DNA from: an uncultured Eubacteriales bacterium
GTDB taxonomy: Bacteria; Bacillota; Clostridia; Oscillospirales; CAG-272
Length of the DNA stretch: 64,000 nt
Direction of reading: 5' to 3'
NCBI GenBank assembly: GCA_934378145.1
Contig: CAKXXW010000004.1
Location: 14,658-78,657 of the forward strand
Position 1 is the stretch's first letter. Each line of letters starts with the position of its first letter. The notes under the pieces are model-generated. The model saw nothing but the letters and a program-made list of their open reading frames with translations. It was not told the DNA's origin and made no database searches. The position numbers and the translations under genes were made by a program. Below, one piece after another: positions 1 to 9,451 of the stretch.

Positions 1-230
1 AAGGTGAAGCTCTTCCCGAGGATTATCAGTCCGAGGATGAGAAGGACTATATTCAGGATCAGCGAGATCGTCTCTGTCGGAAGGTTCCCGAAAATACCGT
101 TCAGAAGTATCGAGATACCGCTGACCCCGCCGGTCGAGAGCTTGTTCGGATATTTGAAAAAGTAGAGTCCCAGCGCCGTCATCACCGAGCCGGCAGTCAT
201 GAGCAGGAATTCTTTAAGCCTTTGGTTCAT
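1..230 (-). CDS. YitT-family integral membrane protein, N-terminal part only; the gene runs off the left window edge
   Basis: Reverse-strand reading from the ATG at 228-230 gives MNQRLKEFLLMTAGSVMTALGLYFFKYPNKLSTGGVSGISILLNGIF..., which is a typical YitT-like N-terminus. It is absent from the supplied track because the ORF is open at the edge. Confidence 0.6.
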   Translation of the reverse strand, partial: MNQRLKEFLLMTAGSVMTALGLYFFKYPNKLSTGGVSGISILLNGIFGNLPTETISLILNIVLLILGLIILGKSFT

Positions 231-431
231 TTTTTGTCAGAAGATCCTTTCGCGGTAAATGTCCGCGACGATATTCTACATCATTTTTGAATTTTTGTAA
301 AGTGGTATCGGAAATTTAGATGTAAATATTTATCACGGTAATGGGGCAGGGGGAGAGCTTCCGACTGTCGTTATATTTGAAGATAAATGTAAATAAAAAG
401 CGAACAAAGGCAAAAAAACGCCCTTTTACTA

Positions 432-460
432 TTGACAAACGAAAGGAAGCGTGATAATAT
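432..460 (+). promoter_or_regulatory. sigma-A-type promoter for the small zinc-ribbon gene
   Basis: TTGACA (432-437), 17-nt spacer, TAATAT (455-460), with an extended -10 TG at 452-453. Confidence 0.45.
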
Positions 461-518
461 AATAGTTACAGTAATATTGATTTTAATTTTGGATCGTATA
501 ATTTTTTGGAGGGATATT

Positions 519-701
519 ATGTCATTCATTATCAACAAGCCCGTTGTATGTGCCGCGTGCGGAAAGACAATAATTTCCGAGAAGAGCGTCGGTCTGTTCA
601 AGAACTACAAGTCGAAGGACGGCAAGGACCTTTGCGAGGATTGCTACAACAAATCACTGAAGAAGGAAGAAGCGAAGGCAGCCAAGAGCAGCAAGAAATA
701 A
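519..701 (+). CDS. small zinc-ribbon protein (60 aa) with a lysine-rich tail
   Basis: GGAGGG at 508-513 sits 5 nt before the ATG at 519. The protein is MSFIINKPVVCAACGKTIISEK...CEDCYNKSLKKEEAKAAKSSKK, with a CxxC...CxxC pattern. The longer track ORF from 432 overlaps the promoter and has no SD. Confidence 0.5.
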   Translation: MSFIINKPVVCAACGKTIISEKSVGLFKNYKSKDGKDLCEDCYNKSLKKEEAKAAKSSKK

Positions 702-720
702 GTTTTGCTTTTGTCTACAT

Positions 721-751
721 AAAAAAAGAGCCGTTAAACGGCTCTTTTTTT
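721..751. terminator. bidirectional rho-independent terminator between convergent genes
   Basis: A-run, then GAGCCG-ttaaa-CGGCTC (728-744), then a T-run. Confidence 0.7.
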
Positions 752-761
752 ATTTCCGAAA

Positions 762-1331
762 TTATTTTTTCTGCGCGTTGATGTAACAGGTGTGGCACAT
801 GGCGATGTAGCTGTCGTTCCCGCCGAGGAAGACCTGTTCGCCTTCGGTGATGACATTTCCCGCGCTGTCGATGCGGGCGTTGACCGTCGCCTTGCTGCCG
901 CATTTGCAGATGGTCTTTATCTCGGTTATCGAGTCGGCGACCTCAAAAAGGCGTCGGCTGCCCGGGAAAAGACGCGTGCGGAAGTCGGTGCGAAGCCCGA
1001 AGCACAGCACAGGTATATCGAGGAAGTCGACGATATACCTGAACTGGTCTATCTGCTCTTCGGTGAAGAACTGGCACTCGTCGGCTATGATGACATCGGT
1101 AGGCCCTCTTTTTCCGAATTCCTCAAGCACATCGTCGGTCGGCGAGAGCGCCTGTGCCTCGGCGGAGAGACCTATTCTTGACATAACGGTATTTTTTCCG
1201 TCGCGCGAGTCGGTCGAGGGCTTGACGAGCCAGACCTTCATCCCGCGCTCCTCGTAATTGAATTTCGTGATGAGAGCCTGAGCCGTTTTGGAGCTGCCCA
1301 TAGCCCCGTATTTGAAGTAGAGCTTTGCCAT
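762..1331 (-). CDS. tdk: thymidine kinase
   Basis: MAKLYFKYGAMGSSKTAQAL (P-loop), DECQFF, and a C-terminal Zn cluster CKCG...CHTCY. The start at 1331 is preceded by GGAGGTCATCAC. The upstream extension to 1472 in the track overlaps topB. Confidence 0.93.
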   Translation of the reverse strand: MAKLYFKYGAMGSSKTAQALITKFNYEERGMKVWLVKPSTDSRDGKNTVMSRIGLSAEAQALSPTDDVLEEFGKRGPTDVIIADECQFFTEEQIDQFRYIVDFLDIPVLCFGLRTDFRTRLFPGSRRLFEVADSITEIKTICKCGSKATVNARIDSAGNVITEGEQVFLGGNDSYIAMCHTCYINAQKK

Positions 1332-1354
1332 AGAAGTGATGACCTCCGTAATTT

Positions 1355-3655
1355 TTATGATAGAGAGTTTTCGCCGCTGTCCGCGGCGGTGAAGGGCTTT
1401 CTGTAATCGCATCCGTCCCGCCAGCCCGAGCATCCGAACGCCGTCCTGCCCTTTATTATCGGTCTGCCGCATTTCGGGCAGAGTCCGTAGGGGGCTTCGG
1501 GCGCCTTCGGGGGCGTGGGGGCTTTTCTTTCGGGAAAGTCGAATACCGCCTTTCCGTCGCGAAGCACGAGGGCGGCGCTGAAGCTTTTGCCGTTTTTCGA
1601 TCTGAAGCCGTCGATCACGCCCGTCGAGCCGTCCGAGAGCAGGCGGCGCATGGCATCAAGGCTTATCGCTTTTCCGCATATGTAGGTGTTTACCGAGAAG
1701 TCGCAGTGCGTTTCGGAATATCCCGAGCAGCCGTAGAATCTTCCCCTGCGGCGGACGGGCTTTCCGCATTTCGGGCAGTTTCCGACGCTGTCACCGATAA
1801 ATCCGGTGCTGTCTCCGTCACCCTCGAAGACCTTTCTTATCTCGGCGACAGCCATATCAACGCTGTCTTTTACCTGTATTTTGCCGTGATAGACCTGCTT
1901 TAAGGCTTTTCCGAGTTCGGAGGTCTTGTATTTGTCCATAGAGATATTCATCCGCCCGAGCGATTCTATAAGGAATTCGCCCGCCGGAAGGATGCGGTAG
2001 ACATCCTTTTTCAGCTCGATATAGGAGCTTTTCTTCGCGTTGTCGATGATGCCGGTGCGGGTTGCCTCGGTCCCGAGTTCAAGTCCCTCAAAGACCGCGC
2101 GGTAGTCCTCTTCGTCGTTTACCTGCTCACCGTTCTCGCTCGCCGCAGCCTCTTTCGCGGCGGCTTTTTCCTCTTTGAACGGGTTTTTGAGGTAATTGTT
2201 CAGGGTTTCTATCGTGTAATGCTTCGGCGGGGTGGTCTCCTTCTCGTCGGGGAAGAATTTTATGTTCACCGCGTCGCCTTTTGAAAGTTTCGGGAGCAGT
2301 CTGTCCTTCACCGTCGGGTCGTCGAAGGCTGTCCAGCCGGGCTCGAGGATGACGGTGCCCTTGAGGATGAAGTCCTCGGGTTCCTTTGCGTGGACGCGGA
2401 CGGTTATCTGCGTGCGTTCGATGACGCAGTCATTTTCACAGAAGACCGCGACGAAACGACGCATAACGGCGGCGTAGACCTTGTATTCATCTTCGCTGAG
2501 ATCTTGTTTCTTCGGTATCTTGTATGTGGGTGTGAGCGCCGAGTGGGACTCTATCTTCGAGTCGTCGAAGATGGATTTTCCCGTCTTGAGCTTCACGGGG
2601 TAGCCGATCTTTCTGCATCCCGCGATGATCTGCGCTATCTTGTCCTTTTCGGCTGTTGCAAGGTATTCCGAGTTGGTTCTCGGGTAGGTAAGGTAGCCCT
2701 TTTCGTAAAGCGATTGGGCGTATTTCAGCGAGGCCTCCATCGGCATCTTGTATTTTCTGCCGAGGTAGTTCTGGAGCTTTGTCAGCGAGTAGAGCTTGCC
2801 GGGCGAAAGGGTGTCCTTTTTCTTCTTCACATCGGTGACGGTCGCCCCGGCGGCGTTGTATTCGTCGCAGAGCGCCTGTGCCTTTTCGCGGCCGTCGATC
2901 TCAAAGCGTTTTTTCGAGACAAGCTCGACCTTCTCGCCCGCCGTCTTTTCACGGCTCGTCGGGAGGAGGTATTTGCCGGGAACGAAGTTCCGTATCTCCA
3001 TATCGCGGTCGTAGATAGCCTTCACTATCGGCACGATGACCCGTCCGACGCGGAGGAGCTGACCCGTTTTCAGCGTTGCGTATCGCGTGAGGTTTATTCC
3101 GTAGAGCCAGTCTATGTATGTCCTCGCAAAGCCTTCGTCGGCGAGCCTGTCGTATTCAGCCTCGGGTGTAAGCTCTGAGAGAGCCTTTGAGACGGTCTGC
3201 GGGGTCTGGTCGGGCAGCCAGAGGCGCATCAGCGGCTTGTTTCCTATATCGGGGAAGCGCAGACGCGCGTGGTCTATGCAGAGCCGCACGATTATTTCTC
3301 CCTCGCGGTCGGCGTCGCCCGCATTCACAAGGGTATCGACACGCGGGTCGGCACAGAGGCGGCAGATCGTGTCGAACTGTTTTCCGATGCCCGGGTCGTC
3401 CTCACCGTTCTTGCCCTTCCGCAGTTCGTAATCGAAACGGTCGGGACAGCAGGGAAGCCCTTCGACGGTCCAGCGGCTGTCCTTCGGGCGGTTCTGATAG
3501 TGTTCTATGTCGCAGAGCGAAAAGAGGTGACCGAACGCCCAGCTTATTATGTAATTCTGACTTTCAAGGTATCCGTCGCGTCGGACGCTCTTCTCGCCGA
3601 TGCCGGCGGCAATGTTGCGCGCAAGGCTCGGCTTCTCTGCAATTATCAGCTTCAT
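1355..3655 (-). CDS. topB: type IA DNA topoisomerase III with C-terminal zinc-ribbon repeats
   Basis: MKLIIAEKPSLARNIA (Toprim N-terminus), DADREGE, YLTYPRT (active-site Tyr region), and two C-terminal CPKCG...GCSG Zn fingers. Confidence 0.9.
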   Translation of the reverse strand: MKLIIAEKPSLARNIAAGIGEKSVRRDGYLESQNYIISWAFGHLFSLCDIEHYQNRPKDSRWTVEGLPCCPDRFDYELRKGKNGEDDPGIGKQFDTICRLCADPRVDTLVNAGDADREGEIIVRLCIDHARLRFPDIGNKPLMRLWLPDQTPQTVSKALSELTPEAEYDRLADEGFARTYIDWLYGINLTRYATLKTGQLLRVGRVIVPIVKAIYDRDMEIRNFVPGKYLLPTSREKTAGEKVELVSKKRFEIDGREKAQALCDEYNAAGATVTDVKKKKDTLSPGKLYSLTKLQNYLGRKYKMPMEASLKYAQSLYEKGYLTYPRTNSEYLATAEKDKIAQIIAGCRKIGYPVKLKTGKSIFDDSKIESHSALTPTYKIPKKQDLSEDEYKVYAAVMRRFVAVFCENDCVIERTQITVRVHAKEPEDFILKGTVILEPGWTAFDDPTVKDRLLPKLSKGDAVNIKFFPDEKETTPPKHYTIETLNNYLKNPFKEEKAAAKEAAASENGEQVNDEEDYRAVFEGLELGTEATRTGIIDNAKKSSYIELKKDVYRILPAGEFLIESLGRMNISMDKYKTSELGKALKQVYHGKIQVKDSVDMAVAEIRKVFEGDGDSTGFIGDSVGNCPKCGKPVRRRGRFYGCSGYSETHCDFSVNTYICGKAISLDAMRRLLSDGSTGVIDGFRSKNGKSFSAALVLRDGKAVFDFPERKAPTPPKAPEAPYGLCPKCGRPIIKGRTAFGCSGWRDGCDYRKPFTAADSGENSLS

Positions 3656-3731
3656 TTTCTACCATTCTGAAAAAAGTATTTCCGCCGATAATTATAACGC
3701 TTTTCGTCCTTTTTTTCAAGAGCAAAAACAT

Positions 3732-3764
3732 AAAAAACCTTCCCGCGGATAACGCGGGAAGGTT
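3732..3764 (-). terminator. rho-independent terminator of the ABC ATPase gene
   Basis: AACCTTCCCGCG-gataa-CGCGGGAAGGTT, followed on the minus strand by a T-run. Confidence 0.75.
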
Positions 3765-3777
3765 TAAGTAATCAAAC

Positions 3778-4890
3778 TCAGTGGCAGATGCAGCGTTCGG
3801 TATCCTTATCGAAGATATGGAGGCGCGAAACATCGAGAGCGACCCTGATATCATCTCCGGCACGGCTGGTCGAGCGCGAGTTGACGCGGGCGATCAGGCT
3901 GGTCTCACCGACGGTGAGGTAGAGATAGATCTCGGCACCCATAAGCTCGGTGACATCGACATGAGCGTCGATCGTGCTTTCGGCAAGAGCCGAAAGGTGC
4001 ATGGGCTCGTCGTGAATGGCTTCGGGACGGAGACCGATGATGACTTCCTGACCCATATACTCCTGAAGAGCCGGGTTGTTAGCCTTCTCGGCGGGGAGCT
4101 TGACGGTGTTGCCCTCGAAGTGAACGAGAACATCCTCGCCCTTCTTCTCGAGAGTGGCGTTGATGAAGTTCATCTGAGGAGTTCCGATGAAGCCCGCGAC
4201 GAAGAGGTTGCAGGGAGAATCGTATATCGTCTGAGGAGTATCGACCTGCTGGATAAGACCATCTTTCATAACGACGATACGCGTCGCCATGGTCATAGCC
4301 TCGGTCTGGTCGTGGGTAACATAGATGAAGGTGGTCTGGACTCTGTCATGAAGCTTTGTAAGCTCGGTTCTCATCGAAGCACGGAGCTTAGCGTCAAGGT
4401 TTGACAGAGGCTCGTCAAGAAGGAAGACCTTCGGATTACGGACGATAGCACGGCCGAGAGCGACACGCTGTTTCTGACCGCCGGACAGAGCCTTCGGCTT
4501 TCTGTCAAGGAGGTGGGAGATGTCAAGGATGCGGGCTGCTTCCTCGACGCGGCGCTTGATCTCTTCCTTCGGGGTCTTGCTGAGCTTGAGTCCGAATGCC
4601 ATGTTCTCAAAAACCGTCATATGAGGATAAAGAGCGTAGTTCTGGAACACCATCGCTATCTTTCTGTCCTTGGGCGCGACATCGTTTACAAGTCTGTCGC
4701 CTATGAAAAGCTCGCCCTCGGTGATCTCTTCAAGTCCCGCGATCATACGGAGGGTAGTGGTCTTACCGCAACCGGAGGGGCCGACGAGAACGAGAAATTC
4801 CTTGTCTTTTATTTCAAGGTTGAAGTCAGATACGGCGGTAACGCCGCCGGAGTACTTCTTATAAATGTGCTTTAAGGAAACACTTGCCAT
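3778..4890 (-). CDS. sugar-type ABC transporter ATP-binding protein (MalK/MsmX/UgpC-like), with no adjacent permease
   Basis: Walker A GPSGCGKTT, Q-loop, signature LSGGQKQR, Walker B FLLDEPLS, and a C-terminal regulatory (TOBE-like) domain. Confidence 0.9.
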   Translation of the reverse strand: MASVSLKHIYKKYSGGVTAVSDFNLEIKDKEFLVLVGPSGCGKTTTLRMIAGLEEITEGELFIGDRLVNDVAPKDRKIAMVFQNYALYPHMTVFENMAFGLKLSKTPKEEIKRRVEEAARILDISHLLDRKPKALSGGQKQRVALGRAIVRNPKVFLLDEPLSNLDAKLRASMRTELTKLHDRVQTTFIYVTHDQTEAMTMATRIVVMKDGLIQQVDTPQTIYDSPCNLFVAGFIGTPQMNFINATLEKKGEDVLVHFEGNTVKLPAEKANNPALQEYMGQEVIIGLRPEAIHDEPMHLSALAESTIDAHVDVTELMGAEIYLYLTVGETSLIARVNSRSTSRAGDDIRVALDVSRLHIFDKDTERCICH

Positions 4891-5068
4891 ATTCTATCCT
4901 TCCTGCATCATCGGATCCCGCCGGATGCATATAAAATTTGCTTCTAATATTATAGCAATTTTCGCGTCAAAATGGAAGAGCCTATTTTCCCAAATTTTCA
5001 GTTCGCCTGTTGTGCATTTTTCACAATACACGCAAAATGCCTATCGGTTGGGATCCGCGCGAAAGAGC

Positions 5069-7255
5069 TTATTTCTTTAATATATTAAGATTCTTGCCGT
5101 CCTCGCCGAGCATAGAGAGTCCTATACGCTTGCGTTTTTCGTCGACCGAGAGGACTCTGACCTTCACGGCGTCGCCGACCGAGACGATCTCCGTCGGGTG
5201 TTTGACATATTTTTCCGACATGGCGGAGATGTGGACGAGTCCGTCCTGATGCACTCCTATATCGACAAAGGCGCCGAAATCTATGACATTCCGCACCGTT
5301 CCGTTGAGGATCATATTCGGCTTGAGGTCGGACATATCCATAATGTCGTCGCGCAGGACGGGCGGGGTGAAGGAATCTCTTATATCGCGTCCCGGCTTCT
5401 CAAGTTCCGTAACTATGTCGAGCAGGGTAGGCTCACCGATGCCGAGGCTCTCGGCGACCTGCTTCACGCCGGCGCGGTTGAGCTTTGCGCGAAGTTCGGA
5501 GAGCTTTCCGGCGCGTACATCGTCCTCGGTGTAGCCGAAGGTGTCGAGGAGCTTCCTTGCCGCGGCGTAGGATTCGGGATGGACGCCGGTATTGTCAAGT
5601 ATCTCGGACGATCCCGGCACACGAAGGAAGCCGGCGCACTGCTCGAAAGCCTTGGCTCCTATCTTCGGCACCTTGAGTATCTGCGCGCGCGTTCTGAATT
5701 CGCCGTTCTCCTCGCGGTATTTCACGATGTTTTTCGCCGTGGTGGCGTTTATGCCCGAAATGTAGGAAAGCAGGGAATGGGACGCCGTGTTGAGGTCGAC
5801 TCCGACACTGTTGACGCAATCCTCGACGACTCCGGTGAGGGCGCCGTCAAGCCTTGCCTGCTTCATATCGTGCTGATACTGACCGACGCCTATCGACTTC
5901 GGGTCGATCTTGACAAGCTCGGCAAGGGGATCCTGAAGCCTTCTTGCGATCGAGACAGCGGATCTCTGCGTTACATCGAAGTCGGGGAATTCGTCGGCGC
6001 CGAGCTTTGAGGCGGAGTAGACCGAGGCTCCCGCTTCGCTTACCATAATATATTTACAGCCTGACTCGGGTATGGTCTTGAGCAGGTTCGCGATGAATAT
6101 CTCGCTTTCCTTCGATGCCGTGCCGTTGCCGATGGCGATGACATTGATGCCGTATTTTGATATGAGGCGTTTCACCGTTCTGCCGCTCTCCTCGATCCTC
6201 TCCTGCGGCTTTGTCGGATAGATGACCGCGGTATCAAGGACCTTTCCGGTGCGGTCGACGACGGCGAGCTTGCAGCCCGTTCTGTATCCCGGGTCAAAAC
6301 CGAGGACGGTCTTGCCCTTGATCGGCGGCTGCATGAGAAGGTGCGAGAGGTTGTCGGAGAAGAGCTTTATCGCGCCTTCTCCGGCACGGTCGAACATATC
6401 CGAGCGTATCTCGCGCTCGATAGAGGGGGCGATGAGCCTTTCGTAGCCGTCGATGATCGCCGAGCAGAGCTGCTTCGAGGCGGGGCTTTTCGCATTTGTG
6501 ATAAGCTCGTTGAAAAGGTAGTTTATCGCGTATTCCTCGGGAAGTTCAAGAGAGACTTTCAGAAAGTCCTCCTTTTCACCGCGGTTTATGGCAAGGATCC
6601 TGTGATCCGGGACCTTCTTCAGCGGCTCCTTGTAGTCATAATACATATTGTAGACCGAGTCCTCGTCCTTCACGCCCGATGTGACAAGGGTACCGTTGTT
6701 GAAGGTGATGAGTCTCAGTTGCTTTCTGAAGTCGGCGTTGTCCGAAACATCCTCGGCGATGATGTCGCGCGCGCCCGCAAAGGCGTCCTCGACACTTTCG
6801 ACTCCCTTTTCGGGATCGACGAAGGTATGCGCCTGCTCCTCGAGCGACGGCTCATAGACATCGAGCTGCTGCATAATGAGCTTGGCGAGTCCCTCAAGCC
6901 CCTTTTCGCGGGCGACCGAGGCACGTGTCTTGCGCTTCGGACGGTAGGGACGGTAGATGTCGTCGACCTCCGTGATGGTCGAGGCGGCATCGATCGCTGC
7001 GACAAGCTCGGGGGTGAGCTTGCCCTGCGCTTCGATAAGGGCTTTGACTTCCTCACGGCGCTTTTCTATATTGCGCAGGTAGGTGAGGCGGTCGTCAAGA
7101 TTTCGCAGGACCGTGTCGTCGAGCGAGCCGGTGACCTCTTTTCTGTACCTTGCGATGAAGGGTATCGTGTTGCCCTCGTCGATGAGGGCTACGGTCTTTT
7201 CGACCTGAGCGACCGAAAGTCCGAGTTCCTTTGCGATTATTTCATTGATAGTCAT
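5069..7255 (-). CDS. tex: Tex-like transcription accessory protein (S1 RNA-binding domain at the C-terminus)
   Basis: The N-terminus ...IPFIARYRKEVTGSLDD, a YqgF-like region, helix-hairpin-helix motifs, and a C-terminal S1 domain (GTVRNVIDFGAFVDIG...GLVHIS). Confidence 0.9.
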   Translation of the reverse strand: MTINEIIAKELGLSVAQVEKTVALIDEGNTIPFIARYRKEVTGSLDDTVLRNLDDRLTYLRNIEKRREEVKALIEAQGKLTPELVAAIDAASTITEVDDIYRPYRPKRKTRASVAREKGLEGLAKLIMQQLDVYEPSLEEQAHTFVDPEKGVESVEDAFAGARDIIAEDVSDNADFRKQLRLITFNNGTLVTSGVKDEDSVYNMYYDYKEPLKKVPDHRILAINRGEKEDFLKVSLELPEEYAINYLFNELITNAKSPASKQLCSAIIDGYERLIAPSIEREIRSDMFDRAGEGAIKLFSDNLSHLLMQPPIKGKTVLGFDPGYRTGCKLAVVDRTGKVLDTAVIYPTKPQERIEESGRTVKRLISKYGINVIAIGNGTASKESEIFIANLLKTIPESGCKYIMVSEAGASVYSASKLGADEFPDFDVTQRSAVSIARRLQDPLAELVKIDPKSIGVGQYQHDMKQARLDGALTGVVEDCVNSVGVDLNTASHSLLSYISGINATTAKNIVKYREENGEFRTRAQILKVPKIGAKAFEQCAGFLRVPGSSEILDNTGVHPESYAAARKLLDTFGYTEDDVRAGKLSELRAKLNRAGVKQVAESLGIGEPTLLDIVTELEKPGRDIRDSFTPPVLRDDIMDMSDLKPNMILNGTVRNVIDFGAFVDIGVHQDGLVHISAMSEKYVKHPTEIVSVGDAVKVRVLSVDEKRKRIGLSMLGEDGKNLNILKK

Positions 7256-7276
7256 TTGTTGTTATCCTTATTTATA

Positions 7277-7999
7277 TTACTTGCGGTTTCTGTTGTGTTT
7301 GCGGAGCGAGGCGGTCTCCTCGTCGGAGAGGTACCTCCATTCGCCCTCGGGCAGGGAAGGGTCGAGCGAAAGTTCGCCGATGCTCACCCGTTTGAGGTAT
7401 GTGATCCCGTTGCCGACGGCGGCGAACATACGCTTTATCTGATGATACCTGCCTTCGGTTATTGTTATATGCCCCTCGGTGCCGTTATCTGCGAGGGTCA
7501 GCTCCGCCGGTTTCGTCATACCGTCGCCTTTCAGCTCAACGCCCGCGCGGAGCCTTTCGGCGTTTTCTTCGGAAAGAGGAGTTTCACAGCGGAAGAAGTA
7601 GGTCTTCGGCAGGTGGCTGACCGGTGAGAGCAGAAAATGAGACAGCTCGCCGTCGTCGGTGAGGAGCATAAGCCCCACCGTATCGCGGTCGAGCCTTCCC
7701 GAGGGGAAAAGCCCGCGGCGAAGTTCGGGCGGAAGAAGTTCAAGGACTGTCGGAAGCCCGCGGTCTTCGGTCGCGCTGACATACCCCTGCGGCTTGTTGA
7801 GCATTATGTAGGTATGCTCGCGGTAGATCACCGGCGAGCCGTCAAGGCATATTTCGTCGTTTTCGGGATCTACTTTATCGTCGGGGCGCTTTGCCGTGAC
7901 GCCGTTTACCGTGATCCTTCCTTTTTTTATTATACGGGGAGCCTCACTGCGTGAGGACACGCCCGTCGCACTCATAAAGCGGTCGAGCCGCATTGACAT
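7277..7999 (-). CDS. RsuA/RluB-family rRNA pseudouridine synthase (S4 domain plus catalytic domain)
   Basis: S4-like N-terminus (RLDRFMSATGVSSRSEA...GRITVNG), the catalytic motif GRLDRDTVGLMLLTDDG, and YHQIKRMF. Confidence 0.85.
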   Translation of the reverse strand: MSMRLDRFMSATGVSSRSEAPRIIKKGRITVNGVTAKRPDDKVDPENDEICLDGSPVIYREHTYIMLNKPQGYVSATEDRGLPTVLELLPPELRRGLFPSGRLDRDTVGLMLLTDDGELSHFLLSPVSHLPKTYFFRCETPLSEENAERLRAGVELKGDGMTKPAELTLADNGTEGHITITEGRYHQIKRMFAAVGNGITYLKRVSIGELSLDPSLPEGEWRYLSDEETASLRKHNRNRK

Positions 8000-8070
8000 A
8001 TCGGTTTTTCCTCCGGCTGATTTGTACCTTTTATTGTACCACAGAAAAGTTTTTTTGTAAATAGCAAAGA

Positions 8071-8100
8071 GGGACTGCCGCGTTTTTTCGCGGCAGTCCC
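8071..8100 (-). terminator. terminator downstream of pfkA
   Basis: GGGACTGCCGCG-tttttt-CGCGGCAGTCCC, a perfect 12-bp stem. Confidence 0.7.
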
Positions 8101-8107
8101 GTAAATG

Positions 8108-9193
8108 TCAGTTCATAGCCTTCGAGAGGGCAAGTCCGAGGTCGTAAAGCTCGCGGATCTCGGCGCGTCTCTGATCGGCGAGCGCCTTCATAGCGTTCAC
8201 CTCTTCCTCGGTGAACCTGTCAAGGTCGCCGGGCTTCAGCTTGTTCTTGTAGAGCCTGTCGGCGGCAAGCGCCCAGTTGATGTCGACCGCTACGATCTTC
8301 GCGTCGCGCTCGCAGACGACAAGGTTGCTCTTGCCTTCAAGGAGCAGGTCGATAGCCTTCGCCGCCATAGCCGATGCCGTGATGCGGTCGCGGGAGGTGG
8401 GATCTCCGCCGCGCTGAACATGCGCCAGACGGATGAATCTCGACTCGATACCGACGACCTCGTGGACCTTTTCGTTGAAGTATTCGGCGTAGGGTCTGCC
8501 GTCCGCGGCGGTTACGCCTTCGCTGACGCAGACGATTATCGCTCTCTGACCGCCGGCTCTTGCGGCTTTGAGGTTCTCGAGAGCGGCTTCCTCGTCAAAG
8601 GGTATCTCGGGAATGACTATCGCATCGGCGCCCGAGGCGATGCCGACGCGAAGGGCAAGCTCGCCGCAGTCGCGTCCCATAAGCTCGACGACGCATCCGC
8701 GCGAATGTGAGCTGCATGTATCGCGCAGGCGGTCTATCATGACCATAGCGGTGTTCTGCGCGGTGTCAAAGCCGACCGTGTAGTCGGTGGCTGTGATGTC
8801 GTTGTCGATGGTCCCGGTAACACCTATCGTGGGGATACCGTGATTCGTAAGATCCGTGGCTCCGCGGAAGGTGCCGTCGCCGCCGATGGCGATTATCGCG
8901 TCGATCTCGTTTTTACGGCAGGTCTCGATAGCCTTGCGCATGCCTTCCTCGGTCTTGAACTCGGGACAACGGTCGGTGTAGATCGCCGTTCCGCCGCGGC
9001 TGATGACATTTTCGAGCTTTTCGGGGGTAAGCTCGATGATCTTATTCGCGATAAGTCCGCTGTATCCGCCCTCGATACCGACCGCGGTGAGTCCCTGCTC
9101 GGAGGCTCTGCGCGCGATGGCGCGGACAGACGCGTTCATTCCGGGGGCATCTCCGCCCGAAGTAAGTACACCTATTTTTCTGAATTTTCCCAT
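8108..9193 (-). CDS. pfkA: ATP-dependent 6-phosphofructokinase with a C-terminal extension of about 40 aa
   Basis: IGVLTSGGDAPGMNA, GGDGT, TIDNDI, and MGR motifs. Confidence 0.9.
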   Translation of the reverse strand: MGKFRKIGVLTSGGDAPGMNASVRAIARRASEQGLTAVGIEGGYSGLIANKIIELTPEKLENVISRGGTAIYTDRCPEFKTEEGMRKAIETCRKNEIDAIIAIGGDGTFRGATDLTNHGIPTIGVTGTIDNDITATDYTVGFDTAQNTAMVMIDRLRDTCSSHSRGCVVELMGRDCGELALRVGIASGADAIVIPEIPFDEEAALENLKAARAGGQRAIIVCVSEGVTAADGRPYAEYFNEKVHEVVGIESRFIRLAHVQRGGDPTSRDRITASAMAAKAIDLLLEGKSNLVVCERDAKIVAVDINWALAADRLYKNKLKPGDLDRFTEEEVNAMKALADQRRAEIRELYDLGLALSKAMN

Positions 9194-9377
9194 AATTTGA
9201 ACCTCTTTCGATTTATTGGTACTATTTTAATACATTTATCCGCAAAAATCAAGGGGGCGGTACTTCATTTTGCGCAGATTTCGGTAAAATTATTTTCCTT
9301 ACGGCAAAAAAACGGGATATTTTTCGGGGCTTTCGGCAAAGTGCAAAAAAATATTGTTTTTACCCGCGTTAAAATGC

Positions 9378-9406
9378 TTGACAAGCGGAAGATTAGATGA
9401 TAAAAT
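9378..9406 (+). promoter_or_regulatory. sigma-A-type promoter
   Basis: TTGACA (9378-9383), 17 nt, TAAAAT (9401-9406), upstream of the ORF that starts at 9452. Confidence 0.45.
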
Positions 9407-9451
9407 ATATGGGAGTAAATATACCTCAAAAAACTTTCCGGAGGAAATATT

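Noticed and set aside
1332-1472. The N-terminal extension of the thymidine kinase ORF (the track start at 1472).
   Set aside because: It overlaps the 3' end of topB. The MAKLYFKYGAMGSSKT start at 1331 has a proper SD and matches the canonical Tdk N-terminus.
6341-7627. A 428-aa plus-strand ORF in the supplied track, along with many similar long ORFs. Examples are 2390-3178(+), 8105-8710(+), 27992-29218(-), 32475-33428(+), 33432-34316(+), 38123-38854(+), 41638-42720(+), 43359-44702(+), 47841-49094(-), 50372-51862(+) and 54150-55703(-).
   Set aside because: Each lies antisense to, or out of frame within, a gene with clear family motifs. Their translations are Arg/Gly/Ala/Val-rich low-information sequence, as expected for shadow ORFs in GC-rich coding DNA. 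None has an SD and start arrangement.
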